A stretch of 63,996 nt of DNA, filler included, from Candidatus Hydrogenedentota bacterium (GTDB taxonomy: Bacteria; JBFMHD01), in assembly GCA_040752395.1 (NCBI GenBank). It is 13 parts of 13 records of this genome, joined end to end, with 100 filler letters (N's around TTAATTAATTAA, not from the genome) between each part and the next. Parts side by side here need not be neighbours in the genome. Positions count along the whole stretch, not along the records: positions 61,949 to 63,996 come from JBFMHD010000318.1; 12 more parts are not named here. One strand, 5' to 3'. Both the position numbers and the translations under genes were made by a program. This document shows positions 62,655-63,996 of this stretch, one piece after another; the stretch's first letter is position 1; each line of letters opens with the position of its first letter. The notes under the pieces are model-generated. The model ran no database searches, was not told where the DNA came from, and saw only the letters and a list, made by a program, of their open reading frames with translations.

Positions 62655-62862
62655 TTTTGATTCTCTTTAAGCATTTTTTTAATGATACGGGATTATCAGG
62701 ATAAGATTTATAGTTTACCTTATATTGAGAAAATATTTTGGGGTCAGTAAGGGATTCAAAAATTTCAACACTTTTTTCAATGGTTAAAGTCTTAAGAAAT
62801 TTATCTTTTTCCTGTTCCAACCATTGAAACCTTTTTCTATCAAATAATTTTTTATTTGTCAT
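62638..62862 (-). CDS. Small partner of the nucleotidyltransferase
   Basis: 74 aa, overlapping upstream gene, TA-like layout. Confidence 0.55.
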   Translation of the reverse strand: MTNKKLFDRKRFQWLEQEKDKFLKTLTIEKSVEIFESLTDPKIFSQYKVNYKSYPDNPVSLKKCLKRIKSGIIR

Positions 62863-63040
62863 TTGTAACCATAATACCGAAATTTTTAAAAAATGGCAAG
62901 GTAGTTTTACAAATTCTCCAACTGCTCTTTCCAGTCTACCAACATACTGAAAAAGATAGCACCTGAAAGGGTTAATAAGCTAATAACTAGTGAATGGGTA
63001 GTGGTTGGGAATCAAAGGTGAAGTAATTGGGAATGCGAGA

Positions 63041-63223
63041 TTAATTGGTTTGTTTTTGTTCTGTAATTTTTTTATGTAATTCTTCTTCTATGAATTTTTT
63101 ATAATCAGGATTTAACCAGATAAATACAGCCAGAACAGTTAAGAATACCATTATAAGTATAAGTATGTGGTCAAAGGTAATGTTTTCTTTAATTTTTAAA
63201 ATCAACTTTTTCAAGGAATTCAT
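63041..63223 (-). CDS. Small single-TM protein
   Basis: 60 aa with one hydrophobic helix, overlapping the upstream gene. Confidence 0.45.
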   Translation of the reverse strand: MNSLKKLILKIKENITFDHILILIMVFLTVLAVFIWLNPDYKKFIEEELHKKITEQKQTN

Positions 63224-63623
63224 TTAAAATACCTACTAATCTGTGTAAATAATCATTTTTTCGTATCTTAATTTTAGAAATAATCTTTTCTTTGATCATT
63301 TTTTTCAAATCTTCCTCAAGTCTGAATACAGGTCCTGCTATACGATTAGAAAAATATATTGATGTAAGGGTCATAAATACAATTAATAAGAGAAAGGTAA
63401 CAAAAGTTCTAATTAATTTATCAGCCACTCTACTTATTACTAAATTTAGTATCTCAGGGTTCAGATTCACCATAACAAATATTAATTCCTCAATCAATTT
63501 CCAGATAATTATACCACAAATCATATAAGTTAATAACATACCGAAAAAAATAAACCAGAGTATGGGTATCTGGATTTCATTTTTTATAAGAAATCTTTTT
63601 CTTATCTGGTATTGTTTTTCCAT
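63189..63623 (-). CDS. Two-TM protein with HAMP-like C-terminus
   Basis: RKRFLI...Q; SNRIAGPVFRLE...IRKND....L...LN. Confidence 0.7.
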   Translation of the reverse strand: MEKQYQIRKRFLIKNEIQIPILWFIFFGMLLTYMICGIIIWKLIEELIFVMVNLNPEILNLVISRVADKLIRTFVTFLLLIVFMTLTSIYFSNRIAGPVFRLEEDLKKMIKEKIISKIKIRKNDYLHRLVGILNEFLEKVDFKN

Positions 63624-63626
63624 AAC

Positions 63627-63839
63627 TCAAAACTTCCTGATAATAGTTAGAATTAAAGTTAATATAATACTTAATAAAATGCAAGTAGTCAATGGAAAAT
63701 AAAAAGTAAAATTCTTACCTTTTATATTTATATCACCAGGCAGGTGACCAAAGATGCCCTGTTTTTCAAAGAGTAAAACTATGCCGCCTAAAAGCACTAA
63801 AGCCAAACCAATAAGAATTATAATTTTGCCGATACCCAT
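63627..63839 (-). CDS. DUF2905 membrane protein
   Basis: GHLPGDI.IKG.NF.FYFPL.TCILLS. Confidence 0.85.
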   Translation of the reverse strand: MGIGKIIILIGLALVLLGGIVLLFEKQGIFGHLPGDINIKGKNFTFYFPLTTCILLSIILTLILTIIRKF

Positions 63840-63940
63840 TGTTCTCCTCTGAAAAACGCTGTAACTCTTCTGTCTCCTGTCTCCTATCTTCTAATTTTTA
63901 ATTTTTAATTTTGAATTTTAAATTTAACTTTGTGCCTTTG
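63840..63940 (-). repeat. Mosaic element (H-G) carrying the DUF2905 RBS
   Basis: (aaaatta)n-(acaggag)n-agagttacagcgtttttcaGAGGAG-aaca-ATG. Confidence 0.85.
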
Positions 63941-63996
63941 AAAGTAAAAAGTAAGAACTGATATCATATCACTAAATTCTGCTGCGTTTAATGTTT

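Noticed and set aside
201-63528. Many short antisense or nested ORFs (e.g. 201-446, 21510-22142, 22191-22697, 28448-28780)
   Set aside because: They are shadows of well-supported genes, with no recognisable motifs.
1-63996. CRISPR array
   Set aside because: The repeats are dispersed and mosaic, with no constant repeat and unique spacer periodicity and no cas genes.

Overview
This window is not one locus. It is 13 contig pieces of a draft, AT-rich, diderm-type bacterial genome (standard code 11), joined by twelve 100-nt N/TTAATTAATTAA linkers, so adjacency across gaps is meaningless. Housekeeping content: frr-uppS-cdsA-dxr, ruvAB, tRNA-Arg(ACG)/tadA/tRNA-Ser(CGA), leuS, a split metH, panBC, AmmeMemoRadiSam B/S, tRNA-Val-surA-pdxA-rsmA, ilvBN-psd-pssA and ilvC. 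There are also two-component genes, several toxin-antitoxin-like cassettes, and IS and pseudogene debris. Two things stand out. (1) A dispersed family of mosaic intergenic elements is built from about 8 interchangeable 7/8-mer tandem-repeat and hairpin modules. The larger copies are co-oriented with transcription, begin and end on a Shine-Dalgarno GGAG, carry the RBS of unrelated genes, and apparently encode the whole SurA signal peptide. (2) Two cassettes each pair a GT-C glycosyltransferase with a secreted beta-helix protein. Their N-termini differ, but both run into an identical subtilisin (S8) prodomain segment, and a truncated S8 catalytic fragment lies upstream of one. This suggests a tandem, recombination-prone array collapsed by the assembler. 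All family calls are from motif recognition by eye; no searches were run.
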